DNA of 64,000 nucleotides from a virus, in UHGV virus genome UHGV-1351569; one strand, given 5' to 3'. Made by a program: the position numbers and the translations under genes. This document shows, piece by piece, positions 34,889-43,752 of this stretch (position 1 is the stretch's first letter; every line of letters begins with the position of its first letter). The notes under the pieces were generated by a model. That model made no database searches, was not told the origin of the DNA, and saw nothing but the letters and a program-made list of their open reading frames with translations.

Positions 34889-35364
34889 TTGTAAAATATA
34901 TCAAGGGCGATATTGTCGCCCTATTTCTTCAAGGTAATATTATTGCGCACGGGTGTAACTGTTTTCATACAATGGGCAGTGGTGTAGCTGGTCAATTAGC
35001 AAGAGCCTATCCCAAAATTTTAGAAATAGATAAGACCACAACTGAATATGGTTCGCGTGAAAAACTCGGTGATATGTCTATTGTTTTTAAACATAAACCT
35101 AATGGTTTTGGCATATGTTATAACTTGTATACGCAATACGAACCAGGTCCTAATCTTGATTATGGTGCTTTAGTAAACTGCATGATAGAATTAAATCTAC
35201 AGGCAGAAACCCTTTTGTTTAAACCAGTAATTTACATTCCACGCATAGGTTGTGGTATTGCTGGCGGTGATTGGGATAAGGTTTCTAAATTAATCGACAT
35301 GTTTACTCCTGATATTGATTTAATAGTGGTGGATTATGAAAGTACATTACCCACATCCGTTTGA
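34885..35364 (+). CDS. macro-domain-like protein (ADP-ribose binding/processing fold)
   Basis: GDIVALFLQGNIIAHGCNCFHTMGSGVAGQLARAY and IPRIGCGIAGGDW resemble macro domain N- and C-terminal motifs. Confidence 0.55.
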   Translation: MIVKYIKGDIVALFLQGNIIAHGCNCFHTMGSGVAGQLARAYPKILEIDKTTTEYGSREKLGDMSIVFKHKPNGFGICYNLYTQYEPGPNLDYGALVNCMIELNLQAETLLFKPVIYIPRIGCGIAGGDWDKVSKLIDMFTPDIDLIVVDYESTLPTSV

Positions 35365-35548
35365 TCCTAAAAACAAAGCAGAAATTATTCGTCAATGGGA
35401 ACGCATTTGCCGTACTAAATGCCCAATTAATAGTTCACATGATGTAAATAAAGACTATATTGGAACATTCGTTGAATATACCTTTATTGATAAGAAAGGT
35501 CGTAAACAGCACGTAGAAGAATATTGCTTAAAGGTTACATGGTTATGA
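35336..35548 (+). CDS. hypothetical protein
   Basis: 70-aa ORF. Confidence 0.4.
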   Translation: MKVHYPHPFDPKNKAEIIRQWERICRTKCPINSSHDVNKDYIGTFVEYTFIDKKGRKQHVEEYCLKVTWL

Positions 35549-35751
35549 GCCAAACTAGTATTCTTAAAAATGCCCATTGTGAAAAGTGTAAATGGCCTGT
35601 TGTTTTTGCTTTATGTAATGATGAAATGGCTTGTGATTTCGATTATTGGTGCTATTGTTCGAACAAAGGATGTAGCAATCATAAAGGTGAAGGGTTTTAC
35701 TCGGGATTTTACCCTTATCCTGATTTCGTTAAAGAAGGTGAACCAAAATGA
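35524..35751 (+). CDS. small Cys-rich protein (possible zinc ribbon)
   Basis: CEKC...CDFDYWCYCSNKGC. Confidence 0.4.
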   Translation: MLKGYMVMSQTSILKNAHCEKCKWPVVFALCNDEMACDFDYWCYCSNKGCSNHKGEGFYSGFYPYPDFVKEGEPK

Positions 35752-35924
35752 ATGATGATTTAAAATATCAATTATTACGTGAACTTGATGTTTTGATTGA
35801 ACTTTCTGCACAAAAAGGATTTATAATTGGATCGGGTCAAAAAGACCCCAACGGTCATTCAATCGTATCGGTTATGAATCAGAAACGAGTCATTTTAAAA
35901 CTTTTGGGGATTGACATACTGTGA
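35748..35924 (+). CDS. small hypothetical protein
   Basis: 58 aa; ATGA overlap upstream and GTGA overlap downstream. Confidence 0.35.
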   Translation: MNDDLKYQLLRELDVLIELSAQKGFIIGSGQKDPNGHSIVSVMNQKRVILKLLGIDIL

Positions 35925-36106
35925 GCCTAAGCAAAGAACAAAAAGATAAATTGTTTGAGCTTATCCATGAACTTCTAGATGAGCATACAGAAGCAAACAC
36001 CTTTTATGATGAATACGGCCCGCTATCTCCCGAACAGCAGGAAGAATTTGCTGATCGGTTTGATAAGAAAGAAAATGAATTAATAGCTTATGTGAATACG
36101 CTTTAA
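35921..36106 (+). CDS. small acidic hypothetical protein
   Basis: 61 aa, GTG start. Confidence 0.4.
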   Translation: MSLSKEQKDKLFELIHELLDEHTEANTFYDEYGPLSPEQQEEFADRFDKKENELIAYVNTL

Positions 36107-36115
36107 GAAGGTGAT

Positions 36116-36697
36116 ATGGCGAGTTTAATTTTTACTTATGCAGCAATGAATGCTGGAAAATCTGCTTCTCTTTTGACTGCTGCGCATAATTATAAAGAAC
36201 GCGGAATGGGTGTATTAGTTCTTAAGCCTGCTATTGATACTCGCGATTCTGTCTGTGAAGTCGTTTCTCGCATCGGAATTAAACAGGAAGCGAATATTAT
36301 TACGGATGATATGGATATTTTCGAGTTCTATAAATGGGCTGAAGCACAAAAAGATATTCATTGTGTATTTGTAGATGAAGCTCAGTTTTTAAAAACTGAA
36401 CAGGTGCATCAATTAAGCCGAATTGTTGATACATATAATGTTCCTGTTATGGCTTATGGACTAAGGACTGATTTCGCTGGAAAATTATTTGAAGGTTCTA
36501 AAGAACTTTTGGCGATTGCAGATAAACTTATTGAACTAAAGGCAGTTTGTCATTGTGGTAAAAAAGCTATTATGACAGCTCGATTAATGGAAGATGGAAC
36601 ACCAGTTAAAGAAGGCAATCAAATCTGTATTGGTGATGAAATTTATGTTTCTTTGTGTAGAAAACATTGGAATGAATTAACTAAAAAGCTCGGTTAG
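36116..36697 (+). CDS. tk: thymidine kinase
   Basis: 193 aa, P-loop AMNAGKSAS, C-terminal zinc ribbon CHCGKK...C. Confidence 0.9.
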   Translation: MASLIFTYAAMNAGKSASLLTAAHNYKERGMGVLVLKPAIDTRDSVCEVVSRIGIKQEANIITDDMDIFEFYKWAEAQKDIHCVFVDEAQFLKTEQVHQLSRIVDTYNVPVMAYGLRTDFAGKLFEGSKELLAIADKLIELKAVCHCGKKAIMTARLMEDGTPVKEGNQICIGDEIYVSLCRKHWNELTKKLG

Positions 36698-36739
36698 TGC
36701 AAAAGTTATAAATAGGTTTATCTAACTAAAGGGGTATAT

Positions 36740-36952
36740 ATGCTACAATTAACTGAAAAGCAACTTCGCAATCTTACTGTTCTTCAATTAGATGAAATTC
36801 GTAGGGAAGTTGGAAATATCATTTCAGCTTTGCGTCGAGAAGTATCGCTCAACCAATCTCCGGCAGACTATACTAGATTGCGAAATTTTGAAAAATACCT
36901 TGATAAAGTTAAGGCCGTGCATCGGCATAAAGTAAATACAGGACAAAAATGA
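36740..36952 (+). CDS. hypothetical protein
   Basis: 70-aa ORF between tk and rI. Confidence 0.5.
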
Positions 36953-36964
36953 TAGGAGGCCTTT

Positions 36965-37258
36965 ATGGCCTTAAAAGCAACGGCACTTTTTGCCATGCTA
37001 GGATTGTCATTTGTTTTATCTCCATCAATTGAAGCGAATGTCGATCCTCATTTTGATAAATTTATGGAATCTGGTATTAGGCACGTTTATACACTTTTTG
37101 AAAATAAAAGCGTAGAATCGTCTGAACAATTCTATAGTTTTATGAGAACGACCTATAAAAATGACCCGTGCTCTTCAGATTTTGAATGTATAGAGCGAGG
37201 CGCGGAGATGGCACAATCATACGCTAGAATTATGAACATTAAATTGGAGACTGAATGA
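36965..37258 (+). CDS. rI: lysis inhibition regulator rI
   Basis: 97 aa with N-terminal signal/anchor MALKATALFAMLGLSFVLSP; position after tk. Confidence 0.75.
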   Translation: MALKATALFAMLGLSFVLSPSIEANVDPHFDKFMESGIRHVYTLFENKSVESSEQFYSFMRTTYKNDPCSSDFECIERGAEMAQSYARIMNIKLETE

Positions 37259-37641
37259 AATTCAGCGACTTTTCACAAAGTGGAAAACCTTCAAAGGCAG
37301 ATGAATACTTAGGTTTATTAATGGCTGCACAAGCTTATTTTCATTCTGCGCATTTTGAAACTAAAAGTTATGCTAGACACAAAGCATACGATTTTATTTT
37401 CTCTGAGTTACCAGATTTGATTGATAAATTTGGTGAGCAATATTTGGGGTATTCTGGTAGAAAATACACACCTTCAATTCCAGATGCCAGTAAACTTCCT
37501 ACCGACACAATTAAAATGATTGATCGCATACTAGACCAATCTAACAGCATTTACAAAGAAATGCCTCCAGCCATTCAAAGCACGATAGATGATATTACTG
37601 GAATGTTTTACCAGAGTAAATATCTTCTTTCCCTCGAATAA
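37255..37641 (+). CDS. hypothetical protein
   Basis: 128-aa ORF. Confidence 0.5.
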   Translation: MKFSDFSQSGKPSKADEYLGLLMAAQAYFHSAHFETKSYARHKAYDFIFSELPDLIDKFGEQYLGYSGRKYTPSIPDASKLPTDTIKMIDRILDQSNSIYKEMPPAIQSTIDDITGMFYQSKYLLSLE

Positions 37642-37645
37642 CATT

Positions 37646-37668
37646 AGTCTCCTTCGGGAGACTTTTTT
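37646..37668 (+). terminator. rho-independent terminator
   Basis: AGTCTCC-ttcg-GGAGACT followed by T6. Confidence 0.7.
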
Positions 37669-37678
37669 CATTTTACCG

Positions 37679-37708
37679 GTTTACTTTCCATTTGAGCTGT
37701 GATACTAT
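37679..37708 (+). promoter_or_regulatory. early promoter
   Basis: GTTTAC ... GTGATACTAT then RBS AGAGGAG. Confidence 0.6.
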
Positions 37709-37736
37709 ACAACCATCAGATAAAGAGGAGAACATC

Positions 37737-37925
37737 ATGAAAATTGAAGCACTTAATCAAGAAGGAAATATCTACGTCATCATTAATGGTGATTTTTTCG
37801 TCAACATGGATGAAGTTACCAGTGAAGAACTTGAAAAACTTCTTAAGAAACGCTATGATATGTGTGATGAAGCTGCAACTCATATGGCGTGTGCAATATT
37901 CTCTCTTTCATATGTGGTGGAATAA
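37737..37925 (+). CDS. hypothetical protein
   Basis: 62 aa from RBS-supported ATG. Confidence 0.45.
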   Translation: MKIEALNQEGNIYVIINGDFFVNMDEVTSEELEKLLKKRYDMCDEAATHMACAIFSLSYVVE

Positions 37926-38128
37926 TGATTAGTATTGAACAAGCAGATAAAATTAAAGAATTGGTAGCTTTAATTCGCAAAGCAGACGAGGAACTTAGTG
38001 ACTTTGCTTGGTTTTCGGCAGGCATTGCAAATAAAGGCGCTGAAGAACTTGAAGCTAAAGTTGATAATGCTGTAGAAGCTTTAGATATGTTTCTTGATGA
38101 AATTATCGATCATAATACGAGAGTTTAA
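37925..38128 (+). CDS. hypothetical protein
   Basis: 67 aa, start overlaps upstream stop. Confidence 0.45.
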   Translation: MISIEQADKIKELVALIRKADEELSDFAWFSAGIANKGAEELEAKVDNAVEALDMFLDEIIDHNTRV

Positions 38129-38130
38129 GT

Positions 38131-38325
38131 ATGCTAACACGTGAACAGTTTGAAAAAATCATTAAATTAGCACGTGATATTGAAATAGATTCATACCAAT
38201 TGGCAGTTGAGCATTGTGAAGGATATTCATACGATGGTATAGAAGCAGCTAAAAAGGATTTGGATAAATCCAAAGCTAAGTTAGTTCAATATCTTGAAAT
38301 GATTAGGTGGAATAATGAAAACTGA
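38131..38325 (+). CDS. hypothetical protein
   Basis: 64-aa ORF. Confidence 0.45.
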   Translation: MLTREQFEKIIKLARDIEIDSYQLAVEHCEGYSYDGIEAAKKDLDKSKAKLVQYLEMIRWNNEN

Positions 38326-38488
38326 AAAGCAGATGTTTTTAATGAAGCTAATTGAAGAATATGCTAATGCAGTTTCTGACTATGAGTATTCTTCTAGGGA
38401 AAGAGGTACAGCTTTCGCAAAGGAAGAAATGAAAATCATGGTTGATGCTCACACAAAGCTTCAGAATTTTATTGAAAACGTCATTTAA
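38315..38488 (+). CDS. small hypothetical protein
   Basis: 57-aa ORF overlapping upstream gene end (ATGAAAACTGA). Confidence 0.35.
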   Translation: MKTEKQMFLMKLIEEYANAVSDYEYSSRERGTAFAKEEMKIMVDAHTKLQNFIENVI

Positions 38489-38490
38489 TG

Positions 38491-38520
38491 GTTTACAAGT
38501 TGGCAAGGTTATGGTATAGT
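38491..38520 (+). promoter_or_regulatory. early promoter
   Basis: GTTTAC ... TGGTATAGT. Confidence 0.5.
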
Positions 38521-38655
38521 AATCTTGTCAACTGCCAAGGAGAAGAGAATGAAAGTTTTGTTTGTTGTGTATGTGATGATTCAATATTATCACCCGATGT
38601 TTACTTATAATCTGGTGAACAACATTATTGATATTATTCAAAGGAGTATGTAATT

Positions 38656-39033
38656 GTGAGTGAGTCGAAGAGAATCAATATGAAACGATTGGTATTAGAA
38701 GTTAGTCCACTTTTTGGTGAATTGGCTATAGAAAAAGTAAATAACATGTATCGTTTGACGCAAGAAGACGATATGCTGTATTTTACGCCTAGTGAAATCA
38801 TTCATTTAACCCAAATTGAATATCCTTATACTGATAAAATAGTAAGCATCAATGATGAGCACAAAATTCATTTTTATTCTTCATGCCCAGGATTTAATAT
38901 TAAAAGTGAGTCAATGTGTTTATCAGTTATCCATTGGGATAGTTTTATAGATAAGATTAAATATTTTTATTATTCTAATGAAAGAAAACATAGTTTAAAA
39001 TGGTTTAAAAAATTGCAATGCTATTATTACTAA
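38656..39033 (+). CDS. hypothetical protein
   Basis: 125 aa, GTG start 9 nt after AAGGAG. Confidence 0.45.
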   Translation: MSESKRINMKRLVLEVSPLFGELAIEKVNNMYRLTQEDDMLYFTPSEIIHLTQIEYPYTDKIVSINDEHKIHFYSSCPGFNIKSESMCLSVIHWDSFIDKIKYFYYSNERKHSLKWFKKLQCYYY

Positions 39034-39220
39034 CGCTTGCAATCAGAACGATGAAACTCTTTTAAATGTATCAAAATGTTATGAAGATGGAGATGTCTTA
39101 ACTATTCGTCAAATTGATGATTTTCGATCGCATATTGTCACATTTACCAAAGACGAAGCTATTGCGCTAAAGACTTATCTTGATTCTGTCATTCCAACTA
39201 TGATTTCAAAGTGAGGAAAT

Positions 39221-39742
39221 ATGTTTATTTCAAGTGAAAGCGGTTTAATTCGTGTTGAATTTAAAAATGACATCTTTCTTATTCAAGGAGATGATATTAT
39301 TAAAATGAGTTATGACGAAATCAAGAAAATTTGTAATGCTCTTGAAAATCATGGAAAGGTGAATGCTGTCATTGATATTGGCGATTTATGGGTGACACTT
39401 TATGAAGTATCCGAAGGATTTAACATTGAAGATGAAAACAACATCTTAGCTATTGATAAAAGAAGCGATTTGTTTGATGTGTTAAAAGTTTATGAACAGT
39501 CAAACGGTGGAAGAAAAGCTGCATTGATTTATCAAAAACCACATTCATGCGGAACTGCTTCAATCATTTCCAATATTGAAGGCGAAGTTGATACTTATAT
39601 GTGTGTTTTAAAAGCTGGTGGTGACCGTCATCCGGATTTTATTTCTATTCGTCAAAACAATGGAGAAATTTCATTATCAAAATCAGAAGCTGAAGCTATG
39701 ATTAAGTATTTAACAACCGTTACGCCTTCAATGAAAGGATAA
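39221..39742 (+). CDS. hypothetical protein
   Basis: 173-aa ORF, RBS GAGG. Confidence 0.5.
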   Translation: MFISSESGLIRVEFKNDIFLIQGDDIIKMSYDEIKKICNALENHGKVNAVIDIGDLWVTLYEVSEGFNIEDENNILAIDKRSDLFDVLKVYEQSNGGRKAALIYQKPHSCGTASIISNIEGEVDTYMCVLKAGGDRHPDFISIRQNNGEISLSKSEAEAMIKYLTTVTPSMKG

Positions 39743-39744
39743 TT

Positions 39745-40206
39745 ATGATTATTAATGAAAACTCTTGGCACTATAAATTATTCAAATTGTTTAACGATGA
39801 ATGGCAACGACCTAAGACACTATGCGCATATTTTTGGTCTATTGCCATTCCTACATTTTTCGTTTCTATTTTTGGATGTGCTATACTCGTAGGGCTAACA
39901 ATTATTTGTGCAGAAAGCCTACAACGTTGGCTTATTTTTGGTAGTTTATGGACTTTGCTTCCATCAGCATTTATACTTGCGATTTTGGTTGTTTTACTTA
40001 TTATCGGTTCATTTGTTATTCCTGCACATTTGCGTGAAAAATATAAAGATTATAAATGGAAAAAGGATTATGCTTTACACGTAGAAAATATTGATAGGGC
40101 GTATAAAGGTTTACCTCCTATTCAACCCAAGAAATCGATTATCGTTGAATTTTTAAAAGCTCGTAAAGCTAAAGTATGTCCTGTTATTGAATATAAGGCT
40201 GAATGA
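39745..40206 (+). CDS. predicted membrane protein
   Basis: 153 aa with three hydrophobic helices. Confidence 0.5.
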   Translation: MIINENSWHYKLFKLFNDEWQRPKTLCAYFWSIAIPTFFVSIFGCAILVGLTIICAESLQRWLIFGSLWTLLPSAFILAILVVLLIIGSFVIPAHLREKYKDYKWKKDYALHVENIDRAYKGLPPIQPKKSIIVEFLKARKAKVCPVIEYKAE

Positions 40207-41216
40207 TGAAAACAGTAATGAAAAGCTATTTTGGTAGTCATCTTTATGGAACTTCTACCCCAGAATCTGATGTAGATTTTAAAGAAATCTTTGTTCCTCC
40301 TGCTCGCGATATTCTTATCGGAAATGTCAAAGAGCATATGAGTAAAAACACTAACAACACATCATCTAAAAACACTAAAGATGATATTGACCATGAACTA
40401 TACAGTCTTAAGTATTTCTTTAAATTAGCAGCAGATGGTGAAACCGTAGCATTGGATATGCTCCACACTCCACCTGAGCTAGTGGTTAAATCTGATTTAC
40501 CTGATGTATGGAAATTTATCCAAGACAATCGTTCACGGTTTTATACAACTAACATGAAATCCTATTTAGGATATGTCCGCAAGCAAGCTTCTAAATACGG
40601 TGTCAAGGGTTCTCGTTTGGCCGCATTACGTGATGTATTGAAAGTAGTTAATCAAATCCCTGAGCAATGGGTTGATTACCAAGAAGACGGCTCCATTAAG
40701 CAGCGTCGCACTAAAGTTGAAGATATTAAGCATCGTCTTCCAGAGAACGAATTCTGTGAATGGGTATTCCATAATCATGAGAAAACAGGTCCACAAACGT
40801 TCTACACTGTGTTGGGTCGTAAATATCAAACAACGCTTTCTCTTATTGAGCTTAAGCAGTCACTGAATAAATTAGATGCTGAATACGGCGAACGTGCTCG
40901 TAAGGCTGAAGCGAATGAGGGCATCGACTGGAAAGCTCTGAGTCATGCTTGTCGTGGTGGACTCCAACTATTGGAAATTTACAAAACTGGTGACTTAGTC
41001 TATCCACTTCAAGACGCTCCATTTATTCTCGACGTGAAGTTGGGTAAACATCCATTTAAAACTGTTCAAGAGTTTTTGGAAGATGTGGTCGATCAAGTAG
41101 AAGCAGCATCCATTGAAGCTTCTAAGAACGGTATGCAGCAAAAAGTAGACATGGGTTTCTGGGATGACTTCCTTGAGAGGGTTTATCTTGAAAACCACCG
41201 AAGTTATTATAAATGA
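40203..41216 (+). CDS. nucleotidyltransferase-fold protein (pol-beta superfamily motif)
   Basis: N-terminal FGSHLYGTSTPESDVDF fits the hG[GS]x(9-13)Dh[DE]h nucleotidyltransferase signature; a further acidic residue in ...ALDMLHT. Confidence 0.5.
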   Translation: MMKTVMKSYFGSHLYGTSTPESDVDFKEIFVPPARDILIGNVKEHMSKNTNNTSSKNTKDDIDHELYSLKYFFKLAADGETVALDMLHTPPELVVKSDLPDVWKFIQDNRSRFYTTNMKSYLGYVRKQASKYGVKGSRLAALRDVLKVVNQIPEQWVDYQEDGSIKQRRTKVEDIKHRLPENEFCEWVFHNHEKTGPQTFYTVLGRKYQTTLSLIELKQSLNKLDAEYGERARKAEANEGIDWKALSHACRGGLQLLEIYKTGDLVYPLQDAPFILDVKLGKHPFKTVQEFLEDVVDQVEAASIEASKNGMQQKVDMGFWDDFLERVYLENHRSYYK

Positions 41217-41217
41217 T

Positions 41218-41242
41218 AGGGAGCCTTCGGGCTCCCTTTTTT
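41218..41242 (+). terminator. rho-independent terminator
   Basis: AGGGAGCC-ttcg-GGCTCCCT followed by T6. Confidence 0.7.
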
Positions 41243-41266
41243 ATTTCAAAATTTTTTCACAAAACG

Positions 41267-41296
41267 GTTTACAAGCATAAAGCTTTATGGTACTAT
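41267..41296 (+). promoter_or_regulatory. early promoter with A/T-rich upstream element
   Basis: TTTTTTCACAAAACGGTTTACA ... GGTACTAT. Confidence 0.6.
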
Positions 41297-41330
41297 ACAA
41301 CTATCAACTGATACGGATTTGGAGAATAAA

Positions 41331-42300
41331 ATGAAAACTGTAACTATCAATAAGGGTATCTACTTCGGTAAAGAAATCTCTGGAACTTTTGAGCTCTTAG
41401 GCGAATGGTTCCCAGATAATGCTCCGGTAGATGCACAAGGAGATGGTAAAGTTTTTGTTGAAATTGACGGTAAACGTCGCGGTGTTTGGGTTTACAAATC
41501 AGATATTTCATATGATGGTGTAAAAGTTGAAGAAGTTAAAGAATCGTATGAAGATATGAAAACCCGCATTAATAAAAGATTTAATGTTATGGGAATGATG
41601 ACGAATGGTATTATTAATGGAAATATTCGTTCATTGATTATCTCTGGTGCAGCAGGTATTGGTAAAACGTATTCTTTAGATAAAGCTTTAAATAAAGCAA
41701 ATGATATTGGATACATTGAATATAAAAGCATTAATGGTAAAATCTCTGGTATTGGTCTTTATGAGCAGCTTTGGAATAATCGTGAAGAGAATTCTGTCCT
41801 TTTGATTGATGATGTGGATGTTTTCTCTGATATGGACATTCTTAATCTTCTAAAAGCTGCTCTGGACACTGGAGAGACCCGTAAAGTCTGCTGGAGCACG
41901 GCGTCTTCTTACTTAGAAGAAAAAGGCATTGAGCGTGAGTTTGAATTTAAAGGAACGATTGTTTTTATCACAAACGTTGACATTGACCGCGAATTAGACC
42001 GTGGTACTAAACTTGCCCCCACACTTACAAGCATTAGTGTCCCGCTCGGTTTATTTGGATTTAGGCGTTCACACTAATGAAGAAATTATGGTCAGGGTTG
42101 AAGATGTTATTCTTTCAACTGACATGATGCAAAAGCGCGGTCTTTCTGATGAAGAAACTTATAAAGCATTATCATGGATGAAAGTTAATGTTAATCGTTT
42201 ACGCAATGTTTCACTGCGTACTGCTCTTTATCTTGCTGACTTTATTATGACCGACAAAAACGGTTGGGAAGAAATTGCTGAGGTTACTCTTCTGAAATAA
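41331..42300 (+). pseudogene. AAA+ ATPase with reading frame split by a +1 shift near a C5 run (42016-42020)
   Basis: Walker A SGAAGIGKT, Walker B LLIDDVD, sensor-1 FITN in frame 1 (stop at 42075-42077); frame +1 ORF from 42001 continues to 42300; removing one C joins them into about 322 aa. Confidence 0.5.
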
Positions 42301-42389
42301 TTCATAAGAGGACTTCTATGACAAAAAGGCAGTTCAGAAATAGATTATATGGACTGCCATTAAAAAGATGACTAGAATTAAACTGGTGA

Positions 42390-42704
42390 ATGGAGGTAAT
42401 GATGTTATACTCAAAGGCTCGTGAAATTTACGAAACTAAAATTAAAGAAGCAGTATTTCAGTTCGCAACAACGATGCGATGGACAAATGATTGGGAGTAT
42501 TCAAAAAATCATAAGAAGCCCATGGTGACAAGAAAGGCTCATATGTTAGTGTTAATAGACCGTGAGCAGATTAAAGCCCGAGAAGCCCTCCAGAATCATA
42601 AAAAGGCTGCCTTTGAATGGTTTATGGATAACACTGCTCCTGAGACTAAGAAAGCAGTGAGCGCCTGGTTCAGTGGAAAAAATTGTGAAAGAAGTTTCTT
42701 TTAG
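42390..42704 (+). CDS. hypothetical protein
   Basis: 104-aa ORF. Confidence 0.45.
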   Translation: MEVMMLYSKAREIYETKIKEAVFQFATTMRWTNDWEYSKNHKKPMVTRKAHMLVLIDREQIKAREALQNHKKAAFEWFMDNTAPETKKAVSAWFSGKNCERSFF

Positions 42705-42706
42705 TG

Positions 42707-42736
42707 GTTTACAAGACTGTTCCTCTGTGGTACTAT
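42707..42736 (+). promoter_or_regulatory. early promoter
   Basis: GTTTAC ... GGTACTAT then RBS GGAGG. Confidence 0.6.
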
Positions 42737-42764
42737 ACAACTATCAACTACGGAGGAACAGAAA

Positions 42765-43292
42765 ATGAACGCTAAAGATATTTTCAACTTGGTAAATTAC
42801 AACGATGGTAAATTTAAATCTGAAGCACAAAGCAAGTTCTTTAACGACATCTCAATCGGAGGTGAAATTACTGTTGATGGAGGACAAATTTACAAATCCC
42901 GTTGGAATTGGATCGTTATTATCGATGAGATTGGTATTGTAGAAATTTACAAGAATACGAATAAAAATCGTACATTACACTGGTCTCGTGATACTAATGA
43001 ACAGTACAAAAAGGATAAAGCATCTAAATTATCTCGTGTAACTCAAGAAGATATTGAGTTCATCAAGAAAGATATTTTAATGTATGATAACTTAATTGCT
43101 GAAGAGCAAGCTGTTATTGATAAATTTGACGAGATTAAAGCTTCTCGTGAAATTCCTGATTTTATGAAAGAATCAGTAAATGAACGATACTCTCTCATTT
43201 CAGAGCGTATTGAAACTTACAAAAAGCAAAGAGCTGAACGCCAAAATACTCTTCGGAAGTTTGAAGAACGGTTAAAGACGGTACTCGCATAA
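42765..43292 (+). CDS. hypothetical protein
   Basis: 175-aa ORF. Confidence 0.5.
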   Translation: MNAKDIFNLVNYNDGKFKSEAQSKFFNDISIGGEITVDGGQIYKSRWNWIVIIDEIGIVEIYKNTNKNRTLHWSRDTNEQYKKDKASKLSRVTQEDIEFIKKDILMYDNLIAEEQAVIDKFDEIKASREIPDFMKESVNERYSLISERIETYKKQRAERQNTLRKFEERLKTVLA

Positions 43293-43347
43293 CCGCTTTA
43301 TACCAAGGATGGTATAATGGTTCTAAGCCCTTTTAATTGAGATTGTT

Positions 43348-43752
43348 ATGAAACAGTTGATAATTAAAAGATTGAATTTATTGATATGTTGTTTATGTAT
43401 AGTAATTGCATATGGTTATTACGCAATTAATGATTATATGCATTATAAAGATTATGATGTTACTGTAGTTAATACCTTTACAGGAACTCAAGGAAAGGGG
43501 TCTAGTTTATCGTTTATTGCTGTATATGAACTCAAAGACGGTTATAGATTTAGCGAATATATTTCACCAGAGATGTATTCATCAATAGAAAAAGGCGATA
43601 ATATTACTGTAAGTTTACGTCCTTTCGACGTAAAACAGACATTGTTTGATAATATTGTTTGGTTCTTTGGAATGGTATTAGTTCAATCTGTATGCGGTGC
43701 TTATATAGTCTTTTCCATCATATTCTGCATATTTAGTAAAATTGAAAATTGA
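43348..43752 (+). CDS. predicted membrane protein
   Basis: 134 aa, N- and C-terminal hydrophobic helices. Confidence 0.5.
   Translation: MKQLIIKRLNLLICCLCIVIAYGYYAINDYMHYKDYDVTVVNTFTGTQGKGSSLSFIAVYELKDGYRFSEYISPEMYSSIEKGDNITVSLRPFDVKQTLFDNIVWFFGMVLVQSVCGAYIVFSIIFCIFSKIEN

Noticed and set aside
42001-42300. The 99-aa ORF as an independent gene
   Set aside because: It begins inside the AAA ATPase gene with no RBS and reads as the ATPase C-terminal domain once one base of the C5 run is removed.
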